Shown: piece after piece, positions 9,580-18,557 of the stretch
Numbering within the stretch: the first letter of the stretch is position 1
Layout: every line of letters starts with the position of its first letter
From: Candidatus Aminicenantales bacterium
GTDB taxonomy: Bacteria > Acidobacteriota > Aminicenantia > Aminicenantales > UBA4085
Reading direction: 5' to 3'
Length of the DNA: 64,000 bases
NCBI GenBank assembly: GCA_049515535.1
Contig: JBEKTZ010000001.1
Location: 144,599-208,598, forward strand
Made by a program: the position numbers and the translations under genes
Notes under the pieces: generated by a model
Told to the model about the DNA's origin: nothing
The model's database searches: none
The model's input: only the letters and a program-made list of their open reading frames with translations

Positions 9580-12500
9580 GATTCGCCCTTCTGCTCGTTC
9601 TCTGCTCGGCGCCGCTCACGCACGCGGCCGAGAATGCCTGGCTCAAGGGATACGCAAAAACCGTCTCCGGAGAAACGATCGGCTATCACTCGCCTTATCC
9701 CGACGCGACTTCGGCGCTTCTCGTCCGGGCCACGGACGGCCGTATGTCCGCGGCATGGGAAACCGCTCCCGTCCCAGACGATTTCAGCGCGCCGGTCGCC
9801 ACGTTCGTCTGGATGGCCGGCCTGGCGACTCAGAAAGGCGCCCACGCGTTTTTCCTCTCGGTCGACGATGAACCGTTACTCGCGTTCCACACCGGAAAAG
9901 ACGCTTCGGAAAAATCCTGGGAAATCCCCGGAAAAAACGGCGCGACCCTGACGTTCAAAACGACGCTCGTCGATCAGTTTCAGGAACTCTTCGGGTTCAT
10001 GTTCCTGACGCTCCCGAAATCCTCGCTCCGGCCCGGGAAGCCCGTCCGCCTGAAAGTCGCCGGCGAAAACGGCGGGAGCCGGGACTGGTTCATGGTCTTT
10101 CAATACGATCTCGAACCGTGGGTCAGGGCCTCAGCCGAACAAGCCCTGGTCCGCAAGGGCGACAAGCTCTCGCAATCGATCCGGGTGGAAATCAGCCACA
10201 TCGGGCCGCCGGAAGAAGCGGTTATTTCAGCCGGAGGCGGCGAAAAAATGACGGCGCGGATCGAGACCGGCTATAACGTCTTCTATCTTCCCGTCGAGGG
10301 ACGAGCCTTCGCGGCAGAAGCGGCCGCCCGGGAAAAGGACATCGCGGTCAGCGTGGGCTTCGGCGGCCGGCCGGCCGTCATAAAAACCATCAAGCTCCGT
10401 CCCGTTGCGCCGCGCGAGATCTGGCTCCTGCCCCATTCCCACGTGGATATCGGATATTCGGACCCTCAAGCCGTCGTCGAAAAAAACCATTGGAGATATT
10501 TCGAGGAGGCGATCGAACTCGCCCGCCGCACGCAAAATTATCCGCCGGGCGCCCGCTTCAAATGGAACGTCGAAGTCCTGTGGGCCGTGGAAACCTATCT
10601 CCGCCAAGCGACTCCCGGCCAACGCGACGCCTTCCTCGAGGCCGTTAAAAAAGGCTGGATCGGCCTCCAGGCGCTTCTGGCCAACGAACTGACCGGGATC
10701 TGTCACCCCGAAGAGCTCTATCACCTCACGGAATTCGCCCGTCTTCTTTCGCGCCGATATGGTCTCGCCATCGATTCGGCTATGATCACCGACATTCCGA
10801 GTTATACATGGAGCCTCGTCCCGGCCCTCGCTCAGAGCGGCGTCAAATATTTTTCGAGCGGGCCAAACTACATGCCGAACCTGCCGGATTCGGGCGACCG
10901 GATCGGGCACGCCTTCAAAAACTGGCGCGACCGGCCATTTTACTGGGTCTCACCGTCGGAAAAGGAGAAAGTCCTTTTCTGGATGGCGGGCCGCGGATAT
11001 TCCTGGTTCCACGGCCTGAACATGGGCAGCCTCAGCTTCGAAAAAAAACAGCCGATCTACGATTATCTCCGGGAACTCGCCGATTCCGGATATCCTTACG
11101 ACATGGTCCAGGTGCGCTACACGACCGGCGGCGACAACGGCCCCCCGGACCCGAACCTGAGCGATTTCGTCAAAAAATGGAATGAGGAATACGAGTCGCC
11201 GAAGTTCGTGATCGCCACATCGCAGGAAATGTTCGAAGAATTCGAGCGCCGCTACGGAAATCGCCTGCCGTCCGTCCGGGGGGATTTCACGCCCTATTGG
11301 GAAGACGGCGCCGCGTCCACCGCCCTGGAGACGGCCATGAACAGGGCCAGCGCCAACCGCCTCCTCCAAGCCGAGACGTTGTGGGCCATGTTCGATCCCG
11401 CGAACTGCCCGGCCCCGGCGTTCTATGAAGCCTGGCGCCAGGTCGTCTTGTTCGATGAGCATACCTGGGGCGCCGCGGACAGCGTCAGCGATCCCGACGG
11501 AGAAAACGCCAAAAGCCAGTGGGCCTACAAACGGGCCTTCGCTCTCGAAGGCCGACAACGCTCGGAGGACCTCCTCGCCGCCGCGTTGAAAGCCGGAACG
11601 AAGGGAGAGTCTCCGCGCGAAGTCATCCTTGTCGCCAACACCAACTCCTGGGAGATCTCGGACATCGTCATGGTCCCTAGGGAACGGAGCTTGGCCGGAG
11701 ATCTCGTCGAGGATGAGCAGGGCCGGCCCATCCCCTCCCAGCGCCTGTCCAACGGAGAGCTGGCTGTTCAAGCGCTGCGCATTCCGCCGTTCGGCGCGAA
11801 AAAATACACCGTCCTCCCGGGCCGCGCTTTGAGCCGGGGCGATGCTGCGGCCGGGCCGCGCAAACTGGCTAACGGCCGGCTGTCGATCGCCGTCGATCCG
11901 CGAAGCGGCGCCGTCTCCAACCTCACCTGGAAATCCTCTCGCGAAATCGAATTCGCGAACGCGGCCGGCGATCTCGGGCTCAATGCTTATCTTTATGTCC
12001 CCGGACGAGACCCGCAAAAAGCGCAGGGCGTTCATCAGGCAAAGATTTCCGTGAAGGAGCCGGGGCCGCTCGTCGCCTCCCTGCTCGTCGAATCCGGCGC
12101 TCCGGGCTGCGCCGGATTGAAACGCGAGTTGCGGGTTTACAGCGGCCTGGACAGGCTCGACTTGATCGATCAGTTGGACAAAAAAGGCGTCCGGGAAAAA
12201 GAAAGCGTCCACATCGCCTTTTCTTTCGCCGTCGCGGGCGGCACGATCCGCGTGGACCTCGGCTGGGGGACGATCCGGCCCGAGGCCGACCAGATTCCCG
12301 GCTCATGCAAGGATTTCTTCTGCGCCCAGAACGCCGTCGATATTTCCAACGCGGATTACGGCGTGACGTGGGTCAGCCTGGACGCGCCCCTTGCCGAAAT
12401 CGGCCGAATGACGGACGAGACGATCGTGGAAAAGGGCGTGCGCTCCTGGCGGAAGGAACTCGATCCCTCTCAGACGATTTATTCTTACGCGATGAACAAC

Positions 12501-12911
12501 TACTGGCATACCAATTACAAAGCGGATCAGCCGGGTCCGGTCACGCTCCGCTATTCCCTTCGGCCCCATGAAGGAAACGACCCCGCGGAAATCACGAAAT
12601 TCGGAATGGAGCGCGCCCGTCCGCTCATCGTCGCGCCGGCAAAAGAGAATTTCTCGGCGCCCATGGCCCCGCTTGCGCTCAATCCCAGCGTCGTCGTCGT
12701 GACCTCGCTCAAGCCGAGCGCCGACGGCAAAGCCTGGATCGCGCGCGTCTACAATCCGTCCGCGCGGCCCGCGGACGTCGTCCTCTCCGGCGTCCCGGGC
12801 GGCGGAGGGACTGTCTTCCTGAGCGATCCGTTCGAGGACAGATTGGAAAAAATCGAAGGGTCGCTCCGCCTGTCGCCGGCGGAGAGCGTCATGCTCCGGA
12901 TCGAGCGCTAG
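9576..12911 (+). CDS. Glycoside hydrolase family 38-like (alpha-mannosidase-type) protein
   Basis: HSHVDIGY, DIPSYTW, DNGPP, PYWEDG, DEHTWG and NNYWHTNY motifs; the ATG overlaps the upstream stop (ATGA). Confidence 0.85.
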   Translation: MRFALLLVLCSAPLTHAAENAWLKGYAKTVSGETIGYHSPYPDATSALLVRATDGRMSAAWETAPVPDDFSAPVATFVWMAGLATQKGAHAFFLSVDDEPLLAFHTGKDASEKSWEIPGKNGATLTFKTTLVDQFQELFGFMFLTLPKSSLRPGKPVRLKVAGENGGSRDWFMVFQYDLEPWVRASAEQALVRKGDKLSQSIRVEISHIGPPEEAVISAGGGEKMTARIETGYNVFYLPVEGRAFAAEAAAREKDIAVSVGFGGRPAVIKTIKLRPVAPREIWLLPHSHVDIGYSDPQAVVEKNHWRYFEEAIELARRTQNYPPGARFKWNVEVLWAVETYLRQATPGQRDAFLEAVKKGWIGLQALLANELTGICHPEELYHLTEFARLLSRRYGLAIDSAMITDIPSYTWSLVPALAQSGVKYFSSGPNYMPNLPDSGDRIGHAFKNWRDRPFYWVSPSEKEKVLFWMAGRGYSWFHGLNMGSLSFEKKQPIYDYLRELADSGYPYDMVQVRYTTGGDNGPPDPNLSDFVKKWNEEYESPKFVIATSQEMFEEFERRYGNRLPSVRGDFTPYWEDGAASTALETAMNRASANRLLQAETLWAMFDPANCPAPAFYEAWRQVVLFDEHTWGAADSVSDPDGENAKSQWAYKRAFALEGRQRSEDLLAAALKAGTKGESPREVILVANTNSWEISDIVMVPRERSLAGDLVEDEQGRPIPSQRLSNGELAVQALRIPPFGAKKYTVLPGRALSRGDAAAGPRKLANGRLSIAVDPRSGAVSNLTWKSSREIEFANAAGDLGLNAYLYVPGRDPQKAQGVHQAKISVKEPGPLVASLLVESGAPGCAGLKRELRVYSGLDRLDLIDQLDKKGVREKESVHIAFSFAVAGGTIRVDLGWGTIRPEADQIPGSCKDFFCAQNAVDISNADYGVTWVSLDAPLAEIGRMTDETIVEKGVRSWRKELDPSQTIYSYAMNNYWHTNYKADQPGPVTLRYSLRPHEGNDPAEITKFGMERARPLIVAPAKENFSAPMAPLALNPSVVVVTSLKPSADGKAWIARVYNPSARPADVVLSGVPGGGGTVFLSDPFEDRLEKIEGSLRLSPAESVMLRIER
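10291..10337 (+). repeat. Degenerate partial copy of the 63-bp palindromic element, inside the GH38-like CDS
   Basis: CCGTCGAGGGACGAGCCTTCGCGGCAGAAGCGGCCGCCCGGGAAAAG aligns without gaps to consensus CGTCAAGGGACGAGCCTTCGCGGCGGAAGTGGACCCCCGGGCAAAG. Confidence 0.7.
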
Positions 12912-13016
12912 AGGACCGGATCCTTCCGCGCTTGCACTCGGGCTTCGTTCGGGATAGAATGAATTCGGTCATTATCGATAGCGTCGCGCGGAACGCCGCG
13001 ACTGAGGAAAGGGACG

Positions 13017-13463
13017 ATGAAAACAGTCAAAGACATCCTTGAAACCAAGGGCAAAACCGTCTGGTCGATCTCCCCGAAAGCGAAGGTTTTCGACGCGCTC
13101 AAGCTCATGAGCGAAAAAGAGATCGGCGCGCTCATGGTCATGGACGAAAAAAACGAAATCCGGGGAATCATTTCGGAACGGGACTACGCGCGGAAGGTCA
13201 TCCTCCTCGGAAAAACCTCGAAGGAAACGTCGGTCGAAGAGATCATGACCCCCCTCGCCGCCATGTACCATATCAAGCCCGCCAATACGGTCGAAGAGTG
13301 CATGGTCCTGATGACGGGGAAACATGTCCGTCATCTCCCCGTCTGCGACGAAGGCCGTTTCATCGGCCTCGTGTCCATCGGCGACGTCGTCAAATCGATC
13401 ATCTCCGAGAAAGAGGACCTCATCGTCCAACTCAGCAACTATATCGCCGGGAAATACATGTGA
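13017..13463 (+). CDS. CBS-domain protein
   Basis: IGALMV...GIISERDYARKV...RHLPV...VSIGDVVK. Confidence 0.95.
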   Translation: MKTVKDILETKGKTVWSISPKAKVFDALKLMSEKEIGALMVMDEKNEIRGIISERDYARKVILLGKTSKETSVEEIMTPLAAMYHIKPANTVEECMVLMTGKHVRHLPVCDEGRFIGLVSIGDVVKSIISEKEDLIVQLSNYIAGKYM

Positions 13464-13475
13464 GGCCGGAGACGG

Positions 13476-14219
13476 TCAGTCCCACTTGAACGTCTTGGCC
13501 GAGATCGCGACGCCCACGACGAAAACGGCGCCGAGACAAAGAACATCCGACAGGTGAAGCCCCCAGGCGTCCCCTTTCCACAATCCCCGCAGCAAATTGA
13601 CGACCCAGGTCAAGGGCAAAAATTTCGCCACGTTTTGCACCGACGGCGGAAGGACTTCCCGGGGAATCGTCGAGCCCGAAAGGAAGATCATGGGGTAGTA
13701 GAGGGCCATCGCCACGAGCTGGGCCGATCGGGCGGTGGGCATGAGCCCGGCCATGACGAATCCCAAGCCGAAAAAGCTCAGGCAACCCAGGAGAAACCCG
13801 CCGATAATGCTCACCGGGTTTCCGGAAATCCGGAGATGGTAAACGAGGCTTCCGGCGACGATCAAAAAGGCCATGCCGATGAGGGTCATCAGGAAAATCA
13901 TGATCACCTGGGCGCCAAGGATGGCTTGGGGCCGGAGCGGGGTGGCGTTGTAACGCCGGAGAATGCCCTGTTCGCGATTCGAAGCCATGCTGATGGTCAA
14001 TGACATCATGCCGCTCGTGGCGATGATCATGGCCGTATAAGCGGGGACCATCGCATCCACGAAGCCTAGTCCGCCGAAGAACGGACTCGGCGTATTTCCG
14101 TAAATGCTCCCGAAAAGGAAGAGCATCATCATCGGAAAGACGAGAGTGAAAAAGGCGGCAAAGGGCTCCCGGAGCATGAGCTTCAATTCGACCAGCGTCA
14201 GTTTCCAGAAGCCGCGCAT
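13476..14219 (-). CDS. ABC-2 type exporter permease
   Basis: About six hydrophobic segments, REQGILRR...TP and FLSG motifs. Confidence 0.9.
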   Translation of the reverse strand: MRGFWKLTLVELKLMLREPFAAFFTLVFPMMMLFLFGSIYGNTPSPFFGGLGFVDAMVPAYTAMIIATSGMMSLTISMASNREQGILRRYNATPLRPQAILGAQVIMIFLMTLIGMAFLIVAGSLVYHLRISGNPVSIIGGFLLGCLSFFGLGFVMAGLMPTARSAQLVAMALYYPMIFLSGSTIPREVLPPSVQNVAKFLPLTWVVNLLRGLWKGDAWGLHLSDVLCLGAVFVVGVAISAKTFKWD

Positions 14220-14231
14220 GGCATCCTCCCC

Positions 14232-15155
14232 TCAGTCCCTCATCTCCCGGCCGGTCAGGGTCAGAAAGACGTCTTCGAGCGTCGCCTGCTCGGTCCGGAG
14301 ATCGCGGAATTTGATCCGGCTGGAGCTGAGGAAATTGACGACCTCGACCACCACGCGGTCATCCCGACCAAAGACGACCCATCGCTCCCCGATCCGATCG
14401 GCCCGGGTGACGCCGGGAAGCCCCGCCAGCGAATCGGCATCCAGTCCGGTGTCCGAGGTGAACACGACGCGATGCTCGGCGCCGAGGCCGCGGATCAGGT
14501 TTTCCGGAGAGTCCAGGGCGATGATCTTCCCGTGGTCGATGATCGCCACCCTGTCGCAGAGCCTTTCGGCTTCTTCCATGAAATGGGTCGTCAGGACGAT
14601 CGTCTTTCCCCTGTCGCGAATGCCGCGGACGAGGTCCCACATGGCCCGCCGCGCTTGAGGATCGAGCCCGGTGCTCAACTCGTCGAAAAAAACGATCTGG
14701 GGATCATTGATCATGGCCAGGGCGATGAACAAGCGCTGTTTCTGCCCGCCGGAGAGTTTCGCATACGCCGCCTTGCGCTTGTCTCCCAGGCCCAATGTCT
14801 TGAGCAAGCCTTCCCATTCCATGGAACGGGAGTAGAAGGAGGCGAAGAGATCGAGGGCCTCCCAGACCCTGATCCGGCTTTGGAGCGCACTTTCCTGAAG
14901 CTGGACGCCGATCATTTCCCGAAGGGCCCGGCCGTCGTTTCGGGGATCGAGCCCGAGGACGCGGATCTCCCCTCCGTCCGGTCGACGCAGGCCTTCGATG
15001 CATTCGACGGTCGTCGTCTTCCCGGCGCCGTTGGGCCCGACCATGCCGAAGATCTCATTGGCCCGGACTTCGAAGGAAACGCCGTCGACGGCCGTCACGG
15101 AGCCGTAGACCTTTTTCAATCGGGAAACGCGGATGACGGGTTCATTAATCATCAT
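14232..15155 (-). CDS. ABC exporter ATP-binding protein
   Basis: GPNGAGKT, LSGGQ, FFDE, TTH motifs. Confidence 0.95.
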   Translation of the reverse strand: MMINEPVIRVSRLKKVYGSVTAVDGVSFEVRANEIFGMVGPNGAGKTTTVECIEGLRRPDGGEIRVLGLDPRNDGRALREMIGVQLQESALQSRIRVWEALDLFASFYSRSMEWEGLLKTLGLGDKRKAAYAKLSGGQKQRLFIALAMINDPQIVFFDELSTGLDPQARRAMWDLVRGIRDRGKTIVLTTHFMEEAERLCDRVAIIDHGKIIALDSPENLIRGLGAEHRVVFTSDTGLDADSLAGLPGVTRADRIGERWVVFGRDDRVVVEVVNFLSSSRIKFRDLRTEQATLEDVFLTLTGREMRD

Positions 15156-15263
15156 CGATCATCCTGAAATCGCGGCCACTTTAACAAACCGGCGCCATTT
15201 CGTCAAATCGGGTGGGAAAAAAATCGCGGATGGCATAAAATATGTCCGTAAAGGAATGACGCC

Positions 15264-16592
15264 ATGAATCCAAGGATGGTCCTTTCGTTTATCTCCGTCA
15301 CGTTCATGATCGGCGCGGCGGCGTTGTTCTCGACCGGCCCTTCTCGCGCCCTCAAGGGCGAGGATTACAAGAGTCTCTCGACCGACGGAGCCTGGTGCTG
15401 GTTCGCCGACCCCCGCGCCGTCTATTTCAAAGGCGCCGAGGAGAGGATCTACGCGGGATGGGTGGACAGCCGCGGCAGCATCTGGGCGGGAAGCTTGGAT
15501 ATGAAAACAGGCCAGAAGATCGAAGCGAACGTCCATTTCGAATTCGAAAAGGACGACCATGTCAATCCCGCCCTCCTTGTCCTGCGGGACGGGAGACTCG
15601 CGATCTTCTATTCCGGCCACGGCGGCGCCGAAGACCGGGGGATGCGCTGCCGGATCTCGAAAAATCCCGAGGATATCCTGGAATGGGGCGACGAACTGAT
15701 GCTGAAGACGAACACCGGGGGCCCGCGCGGATACTGTTATCCCAACCCCTTCCGGCTGACGAAAGAAAAAGACCGGATCTATCTTTTCTGGCGCGGCGGA
15801 AATTTCAAGCCGGCCGTTTCCTGGACGGACGATCTGAAAAGCTGGTCCCAGGCCCGCACGTTGATCGCGAGCGATGAAAATAACGATGTCCGGCCCTACA
15901 CGAAATTCGATTCCAACGGAAAAGACCGCATCCATATCGCTTTCACGGACGGGCATCCCAGGAACGAGCCGACGAACGGCATCTACTACGCCTGTTACAG
16001 GGACGGGGTTTTTTATCGGGCCGACGGCAGAAAGATCACGGACATGGCGGGCCTGCCGATCAAGCACAAGGACGCCGATTTGGTGTACGACGCGAATAAG
16101 ACGAACGTGCGCTCCTGGATCTGGGACATCGCCGCCGACAGAAAAGACCGGCCGGTGATCGTTTATTCCCGGCTGCCCGAAGAGACCGACCATCGCTATC
16201 ATTATGCGCGCTGGACGGGGAAAAAATGGGAAGACCGCGAAATCTGCGCCGCCGGACCCTGGTTCCCGGAAACGCCGGAAGGGAAAAAAGAGCCCGAGCC
16301 GTATTATTCGGGAGGCGTGACGCTCGATCACGCCGACCCGTCCGTCGTCTATTTATCGCGCAAGATCAAGGGGGTCTTCGAGATCGAAAAATGGACAACC
16401 CGGGACGACGGAAAAACATGGAAATCGGAGGCCCTGACCGCGAACTCGGCGCATCATAACGTCCGGCCGTTCGTCGTCCGCGGCCATCCGAAGAACGCGG
16501 AGCCGCGCGTCCTGTGGATGAACAACGAGAAATACGTCCACTACACGGACTACCGGACGGCGATCAAGACGGATATCCCCGAAATCCGGTGA
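15264..16592 (+). CDS. BNR-4 repeat (beta-propeller) secreted protein
   Basis: GAWCWFADPRA, DDHVNPAL, YCYPNP, IYLFWRG and the Asp-box TRDDGKTW. Confidence 0.75.
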   Translation: MNPRMVLSFISVTFMIGAAALFSTGPSRALKGEDYKSLSTDGAWCWFADPRAVYFKGAEERIYAGWVDSRGSIWAGSLDMKTGQKIEANVHFEFEKDDHVNPALLVLRDGRLAIFYSGHGGAEDRGMRCRISKNPEDILEWGDELMLKTNTGGPRGYCYPNPFRLTKEKDRIYLFWRGGNFKPAVSWTDDLKSWSQARTLIASDENNDVRPYTKFDSNGKDRIHIAFTDGHPRNEPTNGIYYACYRDGVFYRADGRKITDMAGLPIKHKDADLVYDANKTNVRSWIWDIAADRKDRPVIVYSRLPEETDHRYHYARWTGKKWEDREICAAGPWFPETPEGKKEPEPYYSGGVTLDHADPSVVYLSRKIKGVFEIEKWTTRDDGKTWKSEALTANSAHHNVRPFVVRGHPKNAEPRVLWMNNEKYVHYTDYRTAIKTDIPEIR

Positions 16593-16647
16593 CCGGTTCA
16601 GCGGGGGCGGCCGCCTGTCCGGAATGCCGGAGGCCGTCCGGACGTCC

Positions 16648-17337
16648 TTATTTCCTCCCCCGCAAGCGAATATCGTCGAAGGCGCCGGTGTCGTCGAACG
16701 AGCCGACTCCGACGAGTCCGCGGCGCAAGGTGACGTCGCGGGCCGTGAGAACCGGCACGTTCATGTCATCCAGATAAGCTTTGATTTCGCCCGTCCGATC
16801 GTCGCATGTCACCTTGTAATCATGCCAATTCATATCGATCAGCCGGAAAACGGATCGGCCGGCCGGCTCGGCATTGATTTTTTTCCGGTCGGCGCCGTCG
16901 ACCAGGGCGATGACGTTGTGGACATCGTCGCTCGATCCCGCGAAGTGAACGTAATAAAAATGGGTCGGGTCTTGATAATGGAAGATGACGCACATGTCCC
17001 GCTTGGTATTGGCGGGATCGGTGTAACATCGGAGCCGGCCGGTGAAGACGAACGAGGACACCTCCTGGCCGGCGATCAGCGACCAGGACGTCGGCGCGCG
17101 GATTTTTCCCGCTTCCCCCGGCGCCGTCAACTCATAGATCGAGGAACCATCTTTATTGACGACGCGCCAATGGCCGGGTTCCTTCGGCTGCCAGCCGTCG
17201 GCGTTCCCCTTCTCGAAATCGAATTGAGCGAGAAGGGGAAGATCCTGCGGCGTTTGGGCCGAAGTTTGAATAAAAAAAGCGCCGGCAGCGAGAATCATGA
17301 GAGATATCGCGAGCTTCACGGCGTGAGCCTCCTTCAT
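16648..17337 (-). CDS. Secreted ConA-like/DUF1080-type protein
   Basis: Signal peptide; beta-rich sequence with WHDYKV and GLVGVGSFDDTGAFDDIRL C-terminus. Confidence 0.55.
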   Translation of the reverse strand: MKEAHAVKLAISLMILAAGAFFIQTSAQTPQDLPLLAQFDFEKGNADGWQPKEPGHWRVVNKDGSSIYELTAPGEAGKIRAPTSWSLIAGQEVSSFVFTGRLRCYTDPANTKRDMCVIFHYQDPTHFYYVHFAGSSDDVHNVIALVDGADRKKINAEPAGRSVFRLIDMNWHDYKVTCDDRTGEIKAYLDDMNVPVLTARDVTLRRGLVGVGSFDDTGAFDDIRLRGRK

Positions 17338-17340
17338 GCA

Positions 17341-18336
17341 TCAGGCCAACATTCCATCCACATAGCCCGGTTGCATCCAGGGCAGATGCGTCCCCGACAT
17401 AAACGGCTCCAAGGCCGCGCCGAGCTTCTTCATCTCGTCGGGAGACAGCGGCTTGAAATTTTTCAGGAGTCCGGCGTTCTGCCGGACCACATCCACGCTG
17501 TCCATCCCGATCACGGCCGAATGGACATGAGGCAGGCTCAAACCGTAGCGGATCAAATCCGTGACGGGGATCTCCTTGACGGTCTCCCGGGGGCGGATGA
17601 CCTTGATGAGCATGATGCCCATGTTCTTCCCGGCCGCGGCCGGGATGGCGAGATTCTCCATGTCGCCTTTACGCTCGGCGTAATGATTGAGGGCGATGAG
17701 CATGGTGTCGAAATCGTAGCGGCGCGCGGCTTCGGCCATGGCCTCGGCCGACAGGTGACCGGTGAAGCCGATGAACCGCGTCGCCTTCTCGTCCTTTAAC
17801 TTGCGCAGGGCCTTGAGAACGCCGTCTTTCGCCCCAATGGCGTCGAGGTCCGCGCTCGATTGAACGAGATGGATTTGATAAAGGTCCAGATGATCGGTCT
17901 GAAGGCGCTTCAGACTCGTCTCGAACTCCTTCATGGCGGCATCGTAGGTTCGCGATTCGGCTTTGGTGGCTAGGAATACGTCCTTTCGGCGATCCTTCAA
18001 CACCATCCCGATCCGTTCCTCGCTGACGATGTTTTTGTTTCGGTAGCTATAAGCCGTGTCCCAATAAAAAAAGCCGTGGTCGAGCGCCGCATGGAGAATG
18101 GCCAGCGCTTTATTCTCGTCCTCCACGGCGCAAAAACGGCTGCCCAGCCCGACGCCGATCCGCGGCACCCGGACGCCCGTTTTTCCCAGGACGGCCGTGG
18201 GCAGGCCTTTGGCCTCATAGTCCCGCGGCGGCGGGCCCGAAAACAACTTTTGAAAAGGCCCGCTCCCGGCGGCGGCCGCCGCGGCGGTCACGCAGGTCTT
18301 GAGGAATTCCCGGCGGTGAAGGTTTTTAGCGCTCAT
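17341..18336 (-). CDS. Aldo/keto reductase with twin-arginine signal
   Basis: RREFLK; LGKTG, DTAYSY, LATK, SLKRLQTDHLDLYQIH, IGFTGH. Confidence 0.92.
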   Translation of the reverse strand: MSAKNLHRREFLKTCVTAAAAAAGSGPFQKLFSGPPPRDYEAKGLPTAVLGKTGVRVPRIGVGLGSRFCAVEDENKALAILHAALDHGFFYWDTAYSYRNKNIVSEERIGMVLKDRRKDVFLATKAESRTYDAAMKEFETSLKRLQTDHLDLYQIHLVQSSADLDAIGAKDGVLKALRKLKDEKATRFIGFTGHLSAEAMAEAARRYDFDTMLIALNHYAERKGDMENLAIPAAAGKNMGIMLIKVIRPRETVKEIPVTDLIRYGLSLPHVHSAVIGMDSVDVVRQNAGLLKNFKPLSPDEMKKLGAALEPFMSGTHLPWMQPGYVDGMLA

Positions 18337-18393
18337 GATTATCCCCGTTCAAAAAAAATCGCGGTCAGTCCTTTCCTCTTATTCTACTTGTAG

Positions 18394-18496
18394 ATTAAAA
18401 TAGATCAATATGCCGGAGTCAACTTGGAGGGGAAGACCCCTTCCAACGGGCACCGGGAAGTCAAGGTTGACAACCTCTTCCCCGCTCCGATATAAA
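18394..18496. promoter_or_regulatory. Divergent sigma70-type promoters flanking a hairpin
   Basis: Minus strand TTGACT-17-TTTAAT toward the AKR; plus strand TTGACA (18468)-17-TATAAA (18491) toward the POT transporter. Confidence 0.65.
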
Positions 18497-18557
18497 TGAT
18501 GGGTGCATTTTCCAGGCACGGCACCTAATCCATCGTCCCCAAGGAGGGTCCCTCAGC

